From Saccharospirillaceae bacterium (GTDB taxonomy: Bacteria; Pseudomonadota; Gammaproteobacteria; Pseudomonadales; Oceanobacteraceae), in contig JAKVCS010000004.1 in the NCBI GenBank assembly GCA_022448365.1, forward strand, positions 544,458 through 608,457: a DNA stretch of 64,000 bases, in the 5' to 3' direction. Both the position numbers and the translations under genes were made by a program. How positions within the stretch are numbered: position 1 is the stretch's first letter; each line of letters begins with the position of its first letter. Under the pieces are notes generated by a model. It had not been told where the DNA came from. It did not search any database and was given only the letters and a program-made list of their open reading frames with translations. Positions 1 to 10,708 of this stretch are shown here, one piece after another.

Positions 1-296
1 CCGGTTTGCTGGAAACACTGAAGGGACGGTATCAGCGTATTATTATTGACTCTGCTCCGATGCAGGCGGTAAGTGATGCACTTTACTTGTCGACTCTGAC
101 TGATGGCGTGGTGTATGTCATCAAGTCCGATTCAACCAAAGACAAGCTGATCAAAGGTGGTCTTGGTCGGTTGGATGATTCGAATGCCCGCATTCTTGGT
201 GTTGTTCTGAACCAGGTAGACGTTGATAAAGAAGCGAAGTACGGCGGCCATTACGGCGGTTATTACGATACCTATGAATATAAAGCGAGCAGTTAA
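1..296 (+). CDS. C-terminal part of a Wzc/CpsD-CapB-type polysaccharide biosynthesis tyrosine autokinase (5' end outside window)
   Basis: RIIIDSAP Walker-B-like motif, GVVYVIK, ILGVVLNQVD and a Tyr-rich tail (YGGHYGGYYDTYEY); the frame is open back to the window edge. Confidence 0.9.
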   Translation, partial: GLLETLKGRYQRIIIDSAPMQAVSDALYLSTLTDGVVYVIKSDSTKDKLIKGGLGRLDDSNARILGVVLNQVDVDKEAKYGGHYGGYYDTYEYKASS

Positions 297-897
297 CGTT
301 AATCGCTTGTTACAAGCGGTGGTTGCGGTGCTTTTTGTTGCTACGATACAGGTATTTTTGGTGTCGGCATTGGTAGCTATTGGTAAACAACAAACAGTGA
401 CGACCAGCGATAATCACTGGTTGAGACTGGCTGATTTATTATCATTTTCTGACCCGGAAGCGGTTACCGCACTGGGAACTTATCAGCGGGAACAAGCGCT
501 GCTGTCAGAGGGTGAGAAGCGTACTCTTTTATTGCAGCAGTCATTGCAGAATTGGCAGCGAGCTGTCAAATCCCGACCATTGTGGCCGTATCATCATTTA
601 AATGCGTTACACGTTGAAGTGATGCTGAATAAGCCCGCTGCGGATATTCAGCAAACGATCGACACGGTTATCAAACAGACCCCGAATGAACGGGGCATGG
701 ACAAATATCTGATTGAGTTGGCCGTGTTTTCGTGGGCAAAATTAACACGTGATCAACGACGCTGGATCAGTGATCGTTTAGATAGGCTGAGTGCCGGGGA
801 ATTAAGATACGTGCTGCAAGCTGCAGAACGTATGAATCGCAAAACACTGATTTGTGTGCATCTTCCGATTAAAAAGTCGCGTCGTTATTGTAAGTAA
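274..897 (+). CDS. Hypothetical membrane-anchored protein of the EPS locus, possibly VpsP-like
   Basis: ATG at 274 overlaps the kinase 3' end. One N-terminal hydrophobic helix, then a helical repeat-like body (WQRAVKSRPLWPYHHL). The VpsP label rests on position after a wzc-like gene and general resemblance only. Confidence 0.5.
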   Translation: MNIKRAVNVNRLLQAVVAVLFVATIQVFLVSALVAIGKQQTVTTSDNHWLRLADLLSFSDPEAVTALGTYQREQALLSEGEKRTLLLQQSLQNWQRAVKSRPLWPYHHLNALHVEVMLNKPAADIQQTIDTVIKQTPNERGMDKYLIELAVFSWAKLTRDQRRWISDRLDRLSAGELRYVLQAAERMNRKTLICVHLPIKKSRRYCK

Positions 898-1012
898 CCC
901 ACAGAGACGATTCCGCTTTATCGCTATAACCGGATACAGTCAGTCACTGGGTAGCCGGACGCTGGTTACATCGGCTTATTATTTTATGCGTTCTGATAGG
1001 AGCTGTGGTCCA

Positions 1013-1032
1013 AGGTCGTGATTACACGACCT
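1013..1032. terminator. Hairpin between convergent genes (putative terminator without a U-tract)
   Basis: AGGTCGTG-atta-CACGACCT, a perfect 8-bp stem. Confidence 0.35.
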
Positions 1033-1051
1033 CGGAGCGATTGGTTTACGA

Positions 1052-2050
1052 TTATTGCAACAGAGCCGGATTGCTGTCCTCAAGTTTTGGGCATTCGCCC
1101 GCTTCACCGAGCTCTACTTCCCAGGGCGGGTTGGGTCGAACACTTTCAATCACAAAATCTACAAAGCTCCGGACTTTAGCCGATAGGTGACGATTGCTTG
1201 GGTAAAGAGCATGAATGGGATTGGCTTCGAACGGCCAGTCACACAGCACGGGTACCAGGTTATCGGAACGAATTGCAGACGCTGCAATGAGCATTGGCAG
1301 GGGGGCGATACCCACACCAGACAGTGCCAGGGTGTAGAGGCTGGCAAAGTCATTAACCTGAAGTCTTGGTTTTACCTGCGCAGTGAATTCTTCTTCGTTC
1401 GGGCCAACCAGTGACCAGCTGTTCCATTCTGGTGAACTCAATAAGGTATGATTTGCCAGATCGGATGGGTGTTGTGGCGAACCATGGCGGGCAATGTAAT
1501 CCGGGCTGGCACACAGCAGGCCGCGAACGTCACCGAGGTGGCGACCAATCAGCGAGGAATCTTCCAGTTGACCAATGCGGAACGCAATATCAATACCTTC
1601 CTGTACCAGATCCAGTCTTTGATCAGACAATACCAGATCAATCGAAACCTGCGGATGTTGCTCCATATATTCGGCAACCAGGCTGCTTAACACCGTGGAG
1701 CCAAACAGAACCGGCGCCGTGATACGCAGTGTGCCGGTTGGTGTACTTTGCATCTGGGTGACGGCGATGTTGGCTTCTTCGATTTCGCTCAGGATGCGGG
1801 CGCAGTGGTTGTAATAAGCATTGCCGGTATCGGTAAGACGTAGGCTACGGGTTGTGCGCTGAATAAGACGAATACCCAGACGCTCTTCCAGTTGAGTGAT
1901 CTTGCGGCTGACAGTGGACTTTGGCAGCCCCAGGTTTTTTGCCGCGCCGGTAAAGCTTCCGGCTTCTACGACATGAACGAAAATCGCCATTTCGTTCAGA
2001 TCGAACTCTTCACGTTTACCAATTAACATCGACTGCTCTCCAGATAGCAA
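1052..2050 (-). CDS. LysR-family transcriptional regulator (CrgA/DmlR-like); true start may be ATG 2029
   Basis: HTH DLNEMAIFVHVVEAGSFTGAAKNLGLPKSTVSRKITQLEERLG, then RTTRSLRLT, GTLRITAP, DLVQEGIDIAFRIG and SAKVRSFVDF. Confidence 0.95.
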   Translation of the reverse strand: MLSGEQSMLIGKREEFDLNEMAIFVHVVEAGSFTGAAKNLGLPKSTVSRKITQLEERLGIRLIQRTTRSLRLTDTGNAYYNHCARILSEIEEANIAVTQMQSTPTGTLRITAPVLFGSTVLSSLVAEYMEQHPQVSIDLVLSDQRLDLVQEGIDIAFRIGQLEDSSLIGRHLGDVRGLLCASPDYIARHGSPQHPSDLANHTLLSSPEWNSWSLVGPNEEEFTAQVKPRLQVNDFASLYTLALSGVGIAPLPMLIAASAIRSDNLVPVLCDWPFEANPIHALYPSNRHLSAKVRSFVDFVIESVRPNPPWEVELGEAGECPKLEDSNPALLQ

Positions 2051-2231
2051 AATGTGAGGTATGAGTCACAGTATGGGGTTACTTTCGGAGATTTAAAGCT
2101 TTTTGGAACAATTTGCCTTAAAAATACCCGATTGATCCATGATTCCGGCACGATCACCGTGTCGATGGTTTCACATCGGGTATCCGGTTGCTGTGGTTAT
2201 GATGGTTACAACGGTAACCATCACAACCTGT

Positions 2232-4322
2232 TTACAGCTTCGCCTTAATACCAAATGACACGATTGTGGGCAGATCAGTCACTTCCTCGCGGTTACTGAA
2301 GTCAGCGCCTTCGTACTCGTAATCTACGACATTGCTGCGACCGTAAAGGTTAAGAATCTCTGCATAAAAATCCATCTCCCAGGTTTTAAAGATATACGTA
2401 CGGTCGGCACGCACATCCAGCTTGTGATAAGCCGGTAAGCGTTCGGAATTGGTTTTGCCGTAGACCGGGTTATACAACTCTGGGTCGTTTGTATCTTGTT
2501 CTGCCCGCAGCAGCGGGGTGATTAGCTGACCACTCTGGTAGCGCCATTTAAAGCCGACTTGCCAGTGCTTGCTGAACTGGTAGTTTGCCACCATATTGAC
2601 GATCACTGGCTGATCGTAGTTATAACGGAAGTCTTCATTGGTCAGTTGATCCTTACGCTCAGTGCGTGAGTAAGCAGCAGACAGCCAGCCATACCATTTG
2701 TCGGTCAGATTCTTATTAATGAAGAATTCCATTCCCCAGGCCGCACCATCAGCATCGTTGGTGTAGCGCGGGAGTGCGTTATAAGCCGTTTTATCGGCTT
2801 CGTTGTTCAGGTCGTAGCCATAAAAGTCCGGATCTGGACGGGAAATAATGATGTCATCCAGTTTTTTGTAATAGGCTTCAACTTTCCATAGCAGATCATC
2901 AGCGATTTCATTTTCGATACCGATTTCATAGTGGTCTGCGGTTGGTTGTTTCAAATTACGGTTACCAAACTCCGGTGTGTAGGAACCAAAGTTATCCGGC
3001 AAAATATGGTACTGACCGTAGCCTGAGGTGAAGGCCCAGTTTTCCCGGAATTCCCAGCGGCTGTTCAGTTTGGGTTCGGTGAAATCCTGATTGGTGTAGT
3101 CGTCACTGGAAACCAACACGCCCGGTGTTAAGGTCCAGGTTGGTGTGACCGACCAGACATCGGCAACGCTCGCATACCAGGTGGTGACCACCGGTTTGCC
3201 TTTTCCTTTGATGGTTTCAGTACCATCGATAATACGACAATCCGGATCAAACTCGTCGCACGGCGGCGCATTGAATTGGCCGTTGTAACCGATATGGGCT
3301 TCTTTTAATTGCAATCCCCATTGCAGCTCATGTTCAAAATTAATCGGATAGCTGAATTGTGAACGCAGATGGTAAGAATTCACTTTTACATCGATACGGT
3401 TTTCCTGACCGATGCCGAAACCAAATTTTTCTTCCAGTTGTGAGAAACCAATTTTGTGGGTCAGACCAGAATCGTAGAGTTTGTCCCAAACCAGACCTTG
3501 AGTATTAAAGAAGGCTTTATAACGCAGGCCACCCTCAAGCCCGGGGTCCTGCAGTACTGCATCGGAATCCTCGTCGAATAAAATTCCGCCTTTGTCTTGT
3601 GCACCAATCACCTGAAATGTCAGGTTTTCGTTGTTGCTGATGCGCCAGGTGTATTTACCCTGGTAATCATAAAACTCGGGAACCTGAGTGAACTCAAAAT
3701 CTTCATCGTCGAGAAAGTTTTCAATGTAGTACTGGAATAAACTCTGACGGGCAGAAAAATAAAACGCCTGATTATCGGTTACCTGATTTTCGACAAAAAT
3801 ACCGGCTTTTAACAGGCTGAAGTCAATGATCGTCTGATCTCTGTCCTGGTAAGGCAGGCGTGAGTCAGCGTCAATCACCGCCCCGGTGGCGTTGTTATAT
3901 TCGGGACCAAAAGCCGCAGCTTCAAGTTTAAAGTCTTTAACGACGTTATCGTTCAGGATACTGCTGCCGTCCTGGTGGAAAATATAACCCACTGGCAGGA
4001 AGTCGATGATGTATGCGTTATCTGCCGGTGATGAACCACGTACGGCTGGCTCAGAGCGACGACCGCTGGCGAATACGACACCGGGTAAACTCTCGATGGC
4101 GCGCAGTGGATCATTACCTGAACCGGGTACGCGCAGAAGTTTGTCCGTCGATATCTCGGCCAGTGGCGCATCATCGCCTTGCACTCTGACACTATCCAGT
4201 TCTACAGCGTCTGTTTTTCCATTGCCGGGCTCAGTCTCTGCTGAAGCCAAAAATGGCGAGAGCGCTAACAAGCCAGCGACCGTTGTTTGTAATATCCGTT
4301 GAGATGACATTAGGCGTTCCAT
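2232..4322 (-). CDS. TonB-dependent outer-membrane receptor, ligand unknown
   Basis: Signal peptide, TonB-box-like ELDSVRVQG, plug (RAIESLPGV...VRGSS), beta-barrel strands and amphipathic C-terminus SFGIKAKL. Confidence 0.9.
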   Translation of the reverse strand: MERLMSSQRILQTTVAGLLALSPFLASAETEPGNGKTDAVELDSVRVQGDDAPLAEISTDKLLRVPGSGNDPLRAIESLPGVVFASGRRSEPAVRGSSPADNAYIIDFLPVGYIFHQDGSSILNDNVVKDFKLEAAAFGPEYNNATGAVIDADSRLPYQDRDQTIIDFSLLKAGIFVENQVTDNQAFYFSARQSLFQYYIENFLDDEDFEFTQVPEFYDYQGKYTWRISNNENLTFQVIGAQDKGGILFDEDSDAVLQDPGLEGGLRYKAFFNTQGLVWDKLYDSGLTHKIGFSQLEEKFGFGIGQENRIDVKVNSYHLRSQFSYPINFEHELQWGLQLKEAHIGYNGQFNAPPCDEFDPDCRIIDGTETIKGKGKPVVTTWYASVADVWSVTPTWTLTPGVLVSSDDYTNQDFTEPKLNSRWEFRENWAFTSGYGQYHILPDNFGSYTPEFGNRNLKQPTADHYEIGIENEIADDLLWKVEAYYKKLDDIIISRPDPDFYGYDLNNEADKTAYNALPRYTNDADGAAWGMEFFINKNLTDKWYGWLSAAYSRTERKDQLTNEDFRYNYDQPVIVNMVANYQFSKHWQVGFKWRYQSGQLITPLLRAEQDTNDPELYNPVYGKTNSERLPAYHKLDVRADRTYIFKTWEMDFYAEILNLYGRSNVVDYEYEGADFSNREEVTDLPTIVSFGIKAKL

Positions 4323-4403
4323 GAGATTTCCCTGAAGAAGCTATTTTGCCTGTAATTGTGTCTTATGTTTATTAACTGCAGCTGAATTTTCGGTTTATCG
4401 TTG

Positions 4404-5177
4404 TTACTTGTCATCGAAATAGCGGTAGCGGATATCCACTTGCTGTCCTTTCTGCTTATTATCCTGAAGATTGCTCAGACCACGATAACGCAGCAATCGC
4501 CTGGTTGAGCGCTGGTAATCGAGTTGAATCGGGTCGAGTAGCCAGGATAACAGGGAAGAGCGCAGAGTCATGGTAATTTTCAGCGGTTGCTGCAAGCGTT
4601 CTGGATTGCTGGCTTCGACCTCAAAGTTGACGCTGGTTTGGCGGGCAACGGAAGCAAAGCTGAACGGCACGGTTTGACCTTTCAGTAATGCATCCCAGTG
4701 TTTTCGGATAAAGTCATCAAAGCCGGCATCAATCACCAGCTCGTAATCGGCGTCATTGATCATACGGCTCTCACTGGCTCCATCTTCCTTCAACGTCAGG
4801 CGCCAGCCATCCGTCAGCTGTTCTGCTTGCTCGGCATAGTTGTGACGCAGGTCTTTGAGGATAAAATCTGGTTGGGTTGCCAGACCGCGATACTGATTGG
4901 TTTTTTCTGCAATCAGTTCGCCATCCGCTGAAAAGTACTCGACCCGGCGACTAATCGGGGTAACGCTACCGTCGTTATTACGACGCTGACTCAGGCTGTG
5001 CTGTTCCCGGTACAGCAATTTATCAGGTTGTTCCAGATCGTAAGCTTCACCGATGTAATCAACAGACTGTGTTTCTGCCCAAGCAACATTGACTGTTAAT
5101 GCCGACAGGGTGAAGGCTGCTATTCCTGACAGCGTGCGGAAGTTTATTCGAATCCGATTATCGTCGAACGACCTCAT
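4404..5177 (-). CDS. Exported conserved hypothetical protein
   Basis: 257 aa with a signal peptide (AAFTLSALTVNVAWA); 34 bp downstream of the DUF2878 gene on the same strand. Confidence 0.75.
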   Translation of the reverse strand: MRSFDDNRIRINFRTLSGIAAFTLSALTVNVAWAETQSVDYIGEAYDLEQPDKLLYREQHSLSQRRNNDGSVTPISRRVEYFSADGELIAEKTNQYRGLATQPDFILKDLRHNYAEQAEQLTDGWRLTLKEDGASESRMINDADYELVIDAGFDDFIRKHWDALLKGQTVPFSFASVARQTSVNFEVEASNPERLQQPLKITMTLRSSLLSWLLDPIQLDYQRSTRRLLRYRGLSNLQDNKQKGQQVDIRYRYFDDK

Positions 5178-5211
5178 TATGTTGCTCCGTGGTTACATCG
5201 TAGTGTGGGTA

Positions 5212-5805
5212 TCACAATGTTTGACCACGCTGCTGTTGATTTGGTTGCGCAGATACCCAAATCAGTAACGCTGCCCAAAACAGACTGATGGCAATCAAAG
5301 CTGCAGATGATGCCTCTACGGCACCAAATTTACTGCCAAGAAAATAACTCCAGGGTGCACCGGCAGCACCAAATAATGCAGCAATCCAATAGCGTTTCAG
5401 AAGCCCGGCGAGTGAATGGCGCAAGGTTGTAGCAAACGCCAGCCATAACGCCATTAACCAAAACGGGATAACAAACGATGAATGTTGTGGAAAAGACAAC
5501 CAGCCCAGATGAAATAACAGGGTGTCGAAGCCAATACCAACCGAGATGACCGGCAGGATCAGGCGGAACTCGTACTGTAAATCAGCCCGATCGACCACCC
5601 AACCGACATGCACAATCGCCAGCAGGATTAAACTTGCCAGCGCCCAGCTATCACCACCAATCACACAAGCTACCCAACACAGTTGAAACAGCACGGCATT
5701 GGCCAGAATCTTGGGCCAGTGATTGCCTTTGGTTGCGGCTGTCATTGTTTCTGAGACCACGGTGTGGTCTGACGTAGCCTGCGAGGTAGAGGTCGGGGTA
5801 TGCAT
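5212..5805 (-). CDS. DUF2878-family membrane protein
   Basis: NAVLFQLCWVACV, PFWLMALWLAFATTL and GAAGAPWSYFLG motifs; ATG 5805 lies 1 nt after the methyltransferase stop. Confidence 0.85.
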   Translation of the reverse strand: MHTPTSTSQATSDHTVVSETMTAATKGNHWPKILANAVLFQLCWVACVIGGDSWALASLILLAIVHVGWVVDRADLQYEFRLILPVISVGIGFDTLLFHLGWLSFPQHSSFVIPFWLMALWLAFATTLRHSLAGLLKRYWIAALFGAAGAPWSYFLGSKFGAVEASSAALIAISLFWAALLIWVSAQPNQQQRGQTL

Positions 5806-5806
5806 A

Positions 5807-7159
5807 TCAAGGCTCCCGGATCTCAGCTGCCAATGGCTGAGCAGACTCACCAGCCAGCACTGAATCTGCAACATTTCCCAGTACCGGTTTGCGACGGTTA
5901 TAAGGTTTGGCAAACATCAGTTGTACGTCACCAATAACCCGTTCGGCAAAGCCGCCTTCGCAATAGGCAAAATAGAAGTCCCATAAACGGATAAAGGTAT
6001 CGTCGTAGCCCAGTGCTTTGATTTGCTGTTCATTACTGAGGAAACGCTTACGCCATTCTGCCAGAGTGCGGGCATAGTGGGGTGTGATGTCTTCCATATG
6101 CGTCATTTTCATATCCGAAGCCTGAGTTACAGCGCTTTGTATTGCGGTGACGCAGGGAATAAAACTGCCGGGGAAAATGTAGCGTTTGATGAAATCGACT
6201 TCGGTTTTGGCTTGTTCATAGCGCTGGTCATCGATTGTAATGGCCTGGATTAAAGCCACACCGTCGGTTTTTAGCAGTGCGCTGCAAGCATCAATATAAG
6301 TGTTGAGGTAGTGATAGCCCACCGCTTCAATCATTTCGATCGAGACCAGCTTGTCGAATTGTCCGGCGCGTTCACTGGCTAATAGACGGTAGTCTTGTTT
6401 TAGCAGCGTAATTCTATCTTCCAGCCCCTGTTCTTTGACTTTGTTTTCCGCCCAGGCGTACTGCTCATCGGATATGGTTGTAGTGGTTACGCGACAGCCA
6501 TAGTGTTTAGCCGCATGAATCGCCATGGAACCCCAACCGGTTCCAATTTCCACCAGATGGTCTTCCGGTTTCAGGTCCAGTTTCTGGCAAATACGATCCA
6601 GCTTGTAAACCGACGCCTGCTCCATGGTGGCGTCTTCACTGGGGAATATGCCGCTGGAGTACATCATGGTTGGATCAAGGAATAATTCGAACATATCGTT
6701 GCCCAGGTCGTAGTGAGCCGCGATATTTCGCTTGGAGCCTTTTTCGGTATTTTTATTCAGCTGGTGAAAAAACTTCAGCGCAATCTTGCCGACGGTTGCC
6801 CAGCCACCATCAATTTGATCAACCACATCTTTATTTAACGCCAGCACCCGAATCACCATTGGCAGGTCCGGACTGCTCCAGTCGTGTGTCATGTACGCTT
6901 CACCAGCGCCAACACTGCCGTATAAAGCGATATTACGATAGGCTTCAAAATCATGAATATCGATTCGTGCGTTGTGTTGTTGATAAGGGCCTACACTCTC
7001 GGATTGACCAAAGCGATAAGTCTGATCACCTTCGGTAATAATTAATGATCCGGTATGCAGTTTTTCAAGCGTACTGAATAGTCCCTGGCGACACAGGCGA
7101 TCAAGCCAGTGTATGTTTTGGCTATCGGAAGCGAGTGTTTTAGCTGACGAAGTTTTCAT
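5807..7159 (-). CDS. cfa: Cfa-family SAM-dependent fatty acyl-phospholipid methyltransferase (UfaM-like)
   Basis: [45 protein letters not shown] and [14 protein letters not shown] motifs. Whether it makes cyclopropane or methyl-branched product is not resolvable from sequence. Confidence 0.9.
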   Translation of the reverse strand: MKTSSAKTLASDSQNIHWLDRLCRQGLFSTLEKLHTGSLIITEGDQTYRFGQSESVGPYQQHNARIDIHDFEAYRNIALYGSVGAGEAYMTHDWSSPDLPMVIRVLALNKDVVDQIDGGWATVGKIALKFFHQLNKNTEKGSKRNIAAHYDLGNDMFELFLDPTMMYSSGIFPSEDATMEQASVYKLDRICQKLDLKPEDHLVEIGTGWGSMAIHAAKHYGCRVTTTTISDEQYAWAENKVKEQGLEDRITLLKQDYRLLASERAGQFDKLVSIEMIEAVGYHYLNTYIDACSALLKTDGVALIQAITIDDQRYEQAKTEVDFIKRYIFPGSFIPCVTAIQSAVTQASDMKMTHMEDITPHYARTLAEWRKRFLSNEQQIKALGYDDTFIRLWDFYFAYCEGGFAERVIGDVQLMFAKPYNRRKPVLGNVADSVLAGESAQPLAAEIREP

Positions 7160-8115
7160 AACATTGACTCCTTTTGATGCACCGCTTGGTCATCACTGGT
7201 CGGATTGGTAAAGTAGTTTTCAGGGTGCTTCTGACGAAACGTGTTTTCTGGCTGGTTTTGCGGGTGGTCATAAAAGGGCGAACGTTTTAACCAGAGTTTC
7301 AGCGCGTTCCAATAAATCCCGGCAAATACCTTGAGTGTCATCAGTGGATACTGGCGCAATACCCGGTTCATTGTCTGAGTGGTGAACGGTTCTGCACTCA
7401 GTCGCATGGTGGCATCAAATTCACGCTTCTCATCCGTGTAGTTTTCCATATGAATCAACAAATCATCACCGGGTTGCTGCATAACCCAGCGGTATTGCAT
7501 ATCTAATGGATTAAAGGGTGAAACATGGAAGCTTTTATTGAACTGATAATGATGCGCTGGCTGATTTTCCGGACCGCTGGTGGATACGGCAGCGATGGCC
7601 CTTCTGCCTTCGGCTTGTGAGGGTTGCAGTGTGTCCACACCAGGTTCCATTAACGTGTAATGAAATCGCTCGTCCCATGGGGTGTTAGTAATTTCTGCCA
7701 GCGTTCCTAGCAATTTCCCCTGATCGTCGTAGCAGTAATAAAAAGACACCGGGTTGATCAGGTAGCCAAAGTACCGCAAATTAGTCAGCAGTTTGACTTT
7801 ACTGGCTCTTAATCCGGTATCACGATAAAACTGATCAATCACCGCGTGTTTTAAATCAGCGCTGTCATAACTGCCATCCGAACCACTACCACGCTGTTGG
7901 CGGGTAATGGCGGCGGGTGTTGTTGCCGTAAAATAATCACGACGACGAAACTGTGCCGGAGCCCATCGCTGGGTGGACCAGAATGGCGAACGGCTGAAGA
8001 TGTCTTCCACGTCATCGAGATCAAGCAATACCATAAAAACCTGATAGGTAAATGCGTGACGCGCGCTGGTATGGCGACGATGACGAACCCAGCCTTTGTA
8101 TATGCAGCTGTCCAT
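7156..8115 (-). CDS. DUF1365-family protein (UfaO-like)
   Basis: [51 protein letters not shown] and [11 protein letters not shown] motifs. Confidence 0.9.
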   Translation of the reverse strand: MDSCIYKGWVRHRRHTSARHAFTYQVFMVLLDLDDVEDIFSRSPFWSTQRWAPAQFRRRDYFTATTPAAITRQQRGSGSDGSYDSADLKHAVIDQFYRDTGLRASKVKLLTNLRYFGYLINPVSFYYCYDDQGKLLGTLAEITNTPWDERFHYTLMEPGVDTLQPSQAEGRRAIAAVSTSGPENQPAHHYQFNKSFHVSPFNPLDMQYRWVMQQPGDDLLIHMENYTDEKREFDATMRLSAEPFTTQTMNRVLRQYPLMTLKVFAGIYWNALKLWLKRSPFYDHPQNQPENTFRQKHPENYFTNPTSDDQAVHQKESML

Positions 8116-9479
8116 CAGGCCACCTGAGTCTGCTCAGTATCGGTGTGACTGCTGTCGCTCTGGTTGTGATTTTTCAAATCAATACCAAACGACTGGCAGA
8201 CCCGAAGCGCGCTGTTGACTCCATCTTCATGGAAACCATTAAGCCAATATGCACCGCAAAAATGTGTGTGTTGCTGGTTGTTAATCCGGTGGTGATTTTT
8301 TTGAGCACGCATGCCTTCAAGAGTAAATACGGGATGAGCGTAGTTAAAAATCCGGATGATTTTATCCGGATTGATATCTTCCGTTTTATTTAATGTGACA
8401 CAGAAGTGCTCCGGGCAGTGATCAAAGTTTTGCAGACGATTCATATAGTAGGTTACTGCAACCGTTTCGCGATCGCTGTTATTTTCGTCGATGTGATAGT
8501 TCCATGCGGCCCAGGCTGCTTTACGTTTAGGCAGAATGGTTTGGTCGGTATGCAGCACCACTTCATTCATCTGATAGGGAATGGCCCCGAGTATTTGCTG
8601 TTCGCTGGTGGTGGCATCCGCCAACATTGATAAAGCCTGATCGCTGTGACAAGCAAAAATCACCTCGTCAAAGTGGCTGGATAATTCCTCGCCCTGTTTG
8701 CGGTAGCAAATCTCGACACCATTTGAATGACGGCTTACCTGAATGACGGGGGTACTCAGGTGAACCTGGTTGGTTGGTAACAAAGCTTCGATGGCTCGGA
8801 CATAAGAACGTGATCCGCCACTGATCACGCGCCATTGTGGACGATCATCAACGCTCAACATACCGTGGTTGTTAAAGAAGCGGACAAAGAAATACAGTGG
8901 AAATGACATCATCATTTCTTCACTGGCTGACCACACAGCGGCACCCATCGGGATAATGTAATAACGACGGAAATAATCGCCATACCGTTTGCGATTCAGA
9001 TAGCTGCCCAATGTCTCATTACGGTTGATATCATCGGCTGCAAGTTCGGCACGTGTCTCTTTATTAAAACGTAAGATATCACGCAGCATCAGCCAGAATT
9101 TTGGATTGAATAAGTTGGAGCGTTTGGCAAACAGCGCATTAAAATCGTGGCCGTTGTATTCCATGTCTTTTAATGGCGACTTTACGCTGAAGCTCATGTC
9201 TGAATCTTCACTGGCCACGCCCAGCTGATCCATCAGTTCGATAAAATTCGGATAGGTCCAGTCATTAAAAACGATAAATCCTGTGTTGACCGGATACATC
9301 TCTCCAGCGATATCGACATCGGTTGTTTGAGTATGACCACCCAGGTAATCGTTCGCCTCAAACAAATGCACATCATGCTTATGATTCAGCAAGTAAGCCG
9401 ATGTCAGTCCGGAAATACCAGAACCAATAATGGCAATTTTTTTACGACAAGCAGGGTTATCAGCAGTTGTTGGGTTCAT
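8115..9479 (-). CDS. FAD-dependent oxidoreductase, COG2907 amine-oxidase-like (UfaD-like)
   Basis: [32 protein letters not shown] and [13 protein letters not shown] motifs. Confidence 0.9.
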   Translation of the reverse strand: MNPTTADNPACRKKIAIIGSGISGLTSAYLLNHKHDVHLFEANDYLGGHTQTTDVDIAGEMYPVNTGFIVFNDWTYPNFIELMDQLGVASEDSDMSFSVKSPLKDMEYNGHDFNALFAKRSNLFNPKFWLMLRDILRFNKETRAELAADDINRNETLGSYLNRKRYGDYFRRYYIIPMGAAVWSASEEMMMSFPLYFFVRFFNNHGMLSVDDRPQWRVISGGSRSYVRAIEALLPTNQVHLSTPVIQVSRHSNGVEICYRKQGEELSSHFDEVIFACHSDQALSMLADATTSEQQILGAIPYQMNEVVLHTDQTILPKRKAAWAAWNYHIDENNSDRETVAVTYYMNRLQNFDHCPEHFCVTLNKTEDINPDKIIRIFNYAHPVFTLEGMRAQKNHHRINNQQHTHFCGAYWLNGFHEDGVNSALRVCQSFGIDLKNHNQSDSSHTDTEQTQVA

Positions 9480-9494
9480 AGGGTTAGCCTCGTC

Positions 9495-10280
9495 TTAAGA
9501 TTGTCGTGCCATGGATTGGGTAATACGCATACGCAGACCAGCAGGCAGCGCCGCAATGAATTTCATAATCAGAGTGAACTTTTTCGGGAAATGAATTTCC
9601 CAGCGACGACTTTCGAGACCATTAATAATCTCTTCAGCCGCTTTCTCGGAGCTGATACGCATCGGCATCGGAAAGTCATTTTTATCAGTGAGCGGCGTTT
9701 TTACGAAGCCGGGGGCAATCACTGACACATCAATCTGTTGCGGAGCCAAATCGATTTTCATGGCTTCCAGAAAATGTGTAGTAGCCGCTTTGCTGGCGCC
9801 ATAAGCCTGAGCCCGACTCAGGGGTAACCAGGCTACGCTGGAACTCATGCCCACCAGATAACCACGCTGGCTATGTTTCAGCAGAGGTAATACGGCTTCA
9901 ACACAATTGGCCAGACCCACCAGATTGGTATTAATCACACGCTGAAATAACTGCGCATCAAACTGATTTACATCGACGTATTCGCAGGTACCTGCGTTGG
10001 CAATCAGCGTATCAAGGCGGCCATATTTGTGCTCAATTTCATTGGCTGCCTGATGCACAGACCAGTTGTCGGTAATATCCATTGGCAGACAAAGAATATT
10101 ATTGAATCCTGTGTCATTGCGTATTCGCTCCAGTGCTTCATGATTGCGGGCACTGATAACCAGTTGCTGGCATCGTTCTGCCAGGGGTTTTACCAAAGAT
10201 TCACCAATGCCCGAAGAGGCACCGGTTAGCCATATGACCTGTTTATTCAATGGTGGGGCTGTACGTTGTGTTGAGCTCAT
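9495..10280 (-). CDS. Short-chain dehydrogenase/reductase
   Basis: WLTGASSGIG, NAG and YGASK motifs; ATG 10280 overlaps the upstream stop (ATGA). Confidence 0.92.
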   Translation of the reverse strand: MSSTQRTAPPLNKQVIWLTGASSGIGESLVKPLAERCQQLVISARNHEALERIRNDTGFNNILCLPMDITDNWSVHQAANEIEHKYGRLDTLIANAGTCEYVDVNQFDAQLFQRVINTNLVGLANCVEAVLPLLKHSQRGYLVGMSSSVAWLPLSRAQAYGASKAATTHFLEAMKIDLAPQQIDVSVIAPGFVKTPLTDKNDFPMPMRISSEKAAEEIINGLESRRWEIHFPKKFTLIMKFIAALPAGLRMRITQSMARQS

Positions 10281-10708
10281 GACATGCGCTCCTTTAGTTT
10301 GCGAATTGCCCAACCGAGCAGCGGCAAGTGCTCGTACAGCATTTGTCCGCCATCAAAAAAATCACGGTGTTGGATAATTTTGTCGTTGCCCCATATCAAT
10401 TCACTGCCACCGTCGACGGTTACTGGCTTGCCGGAATTAATACGCGGGTGCTGATACACCATCTGCCAGCGAATAAAAGCGTGATTATCCTCCTGCCAGC
10501 AATGGCCAAACGTAAATTCAATACTCTCGACGTTTTCGTACATGGACACGAAATAACGTGTCATCGCTTCCAAACCATTTATGTTGTGAAACGGATCTTT
10601 AAACTGAATGGACTCACCATACACCGTGGCCAATGTAGTTTTGTCGACATTGCCACGTTGCAGCTGATGATAAAGGTTCTGAAACGCAGCAACTGCAGCA
10701 TCATTCAT
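10277..10708 (-). CDS. SnoaL-like / NTF2-family protein
   Basis: YGESIQFKDPFHNING, and HRDFFDGGQMLYEHLPLLG near the C-terminus. Confidence 0.9.
   Translation of the reverse strand: MNDAAVAAFQNLYHQLQRGNVDKTTLATVYGESIQFKDPFHNINGLEAMTRYFVSMYENVESIEFTFGHCWQEDNHAFIRWQMVYQHPRINSGKPVTVDGGSELIWGNDKIIQHRDFFDGGQMLYEHLPLLGWAIRKLKERMS

Noticed and set aside
5807-5913. Long N-terminal extensions in the ORF track (DUF2878 here; also renalase, DASH, imuA, imuB, cbiD and the BtuB-like receptor)
   Set aside because: They overlap upstream genes, promoters or leaders; downstream starts give coupled stop/start junctions or better RBSs and family-typical N-termini.
5807-7159. Calling this a plain cyclopropane synthase
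   Set aside because: Context with DUF1365 and COG2907 favours a UfaM-type role; sequence alone cannot decide, so the call is left at family level.
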